DNA of 64,000 nucleotides from Octopus vulgaris (Eukaryota): NCBI GenBank assembly GCA_951406725.2, contig OX597815.1, positions 177,134,001 to 177,198,000 of the forward strand, read 5' to 3'. Shown piece by piece: positions 63,544 to 64,000 of this stretch (position 1 is its first letter; each line of letters starts with the position of its first letter). The notes under the pieces were generated by a model. It saw only the letters and a program-made list of their open reading frames with translations, ran no database searches and was not told where the DNA came from. The position numbers and the translations under genes were made by a program.

Positions 63544-63980
63544 AAGGCGGTGAACTAGCAAAATCTTTAGAATGCTGGGAGAAATGCTTAGCAGCATTTG
63601 TGTCTTATTACGTGCTGAGTTTTAACTCCACCGAGGTCTACTTTGCTTTTCGTTCTGGTGGAGATCGATAAAATAAGTACCAGTTGAGCAGTGAGGTCGC
63701 TGTAATCAACGTATTCCCTCCTCAGAAATTGCTTGTCCCAAAATTTGGAAACAAATTAACCTCTAAGTTAAATTTCGAGCTGGTAGAGTCCAGCGACACA
63801 TAATGGAATTTCGTCCACCTTTACGTTCTGAGTTCAAATTCCGCTGTGGTCGAATTTGCCCTTCATCCATTTAGAGGTCGTTAAAAATAAGTACCGGCTG
63901 AACACCAAACTCCATTTTATCGCTGTATTTCCTCCCCAAAATGTGTTGGCGTTATGTCAGCATTTAAAAACAAAATTATT
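63544..63980 (+). mobile_element. Two tandem old SINE family A copies (63544-63755 and 63775-63980)
   Basis: Both carry gagttcaaattcc-like and aaataagtacc blocks. Confidence 0.8.
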
Positions 63981-64000
63981 AGAATTTTGTATTACAAAAA

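Overview
AT-rich, microsatellite-dense animal genomic DNA. The SINE families and repeat landscape suggest an octopus or other coleoid cephalopod (inference). I find no intact host gene; almost all tracked ORFs are microsatellite or antisense artefacts. The window is a graveyard of mobile elements: more than 20 tRNA-derived SINE copies (several with clear target-site duplications, TSDs), decayed R4/Dong, L1/Tx1, RTE and CR1 LINEs, one Penelope-like element (PLE; RT + GIY-YIG), two tail-to-tail non-autonomous Helitrons, a Helentron-type element, and mariner, Tc1, pogo and hAT transposase relics plus MITEs. The main unexplained signal is about 15 type I hammerhead-ribozyme (HHR) or HHR-like motifs from several unrelated short repeat families. 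Most sit next to (TA)n tracts and several lie inside long palindromes. Three have intact canonical cores. Others carry recurrent non-canonical cores (G3-C8 swap, U6, an extra base before stem II). Also notable: a 1.4-kb foldback with ~315-bp arms, a 120-nt hairpin, a diverged ~0.85-kb tandem repeat and a possible pore-forming-toxin-like pseudogene. All calls come from reading by eye; no searches or folding programs were run.
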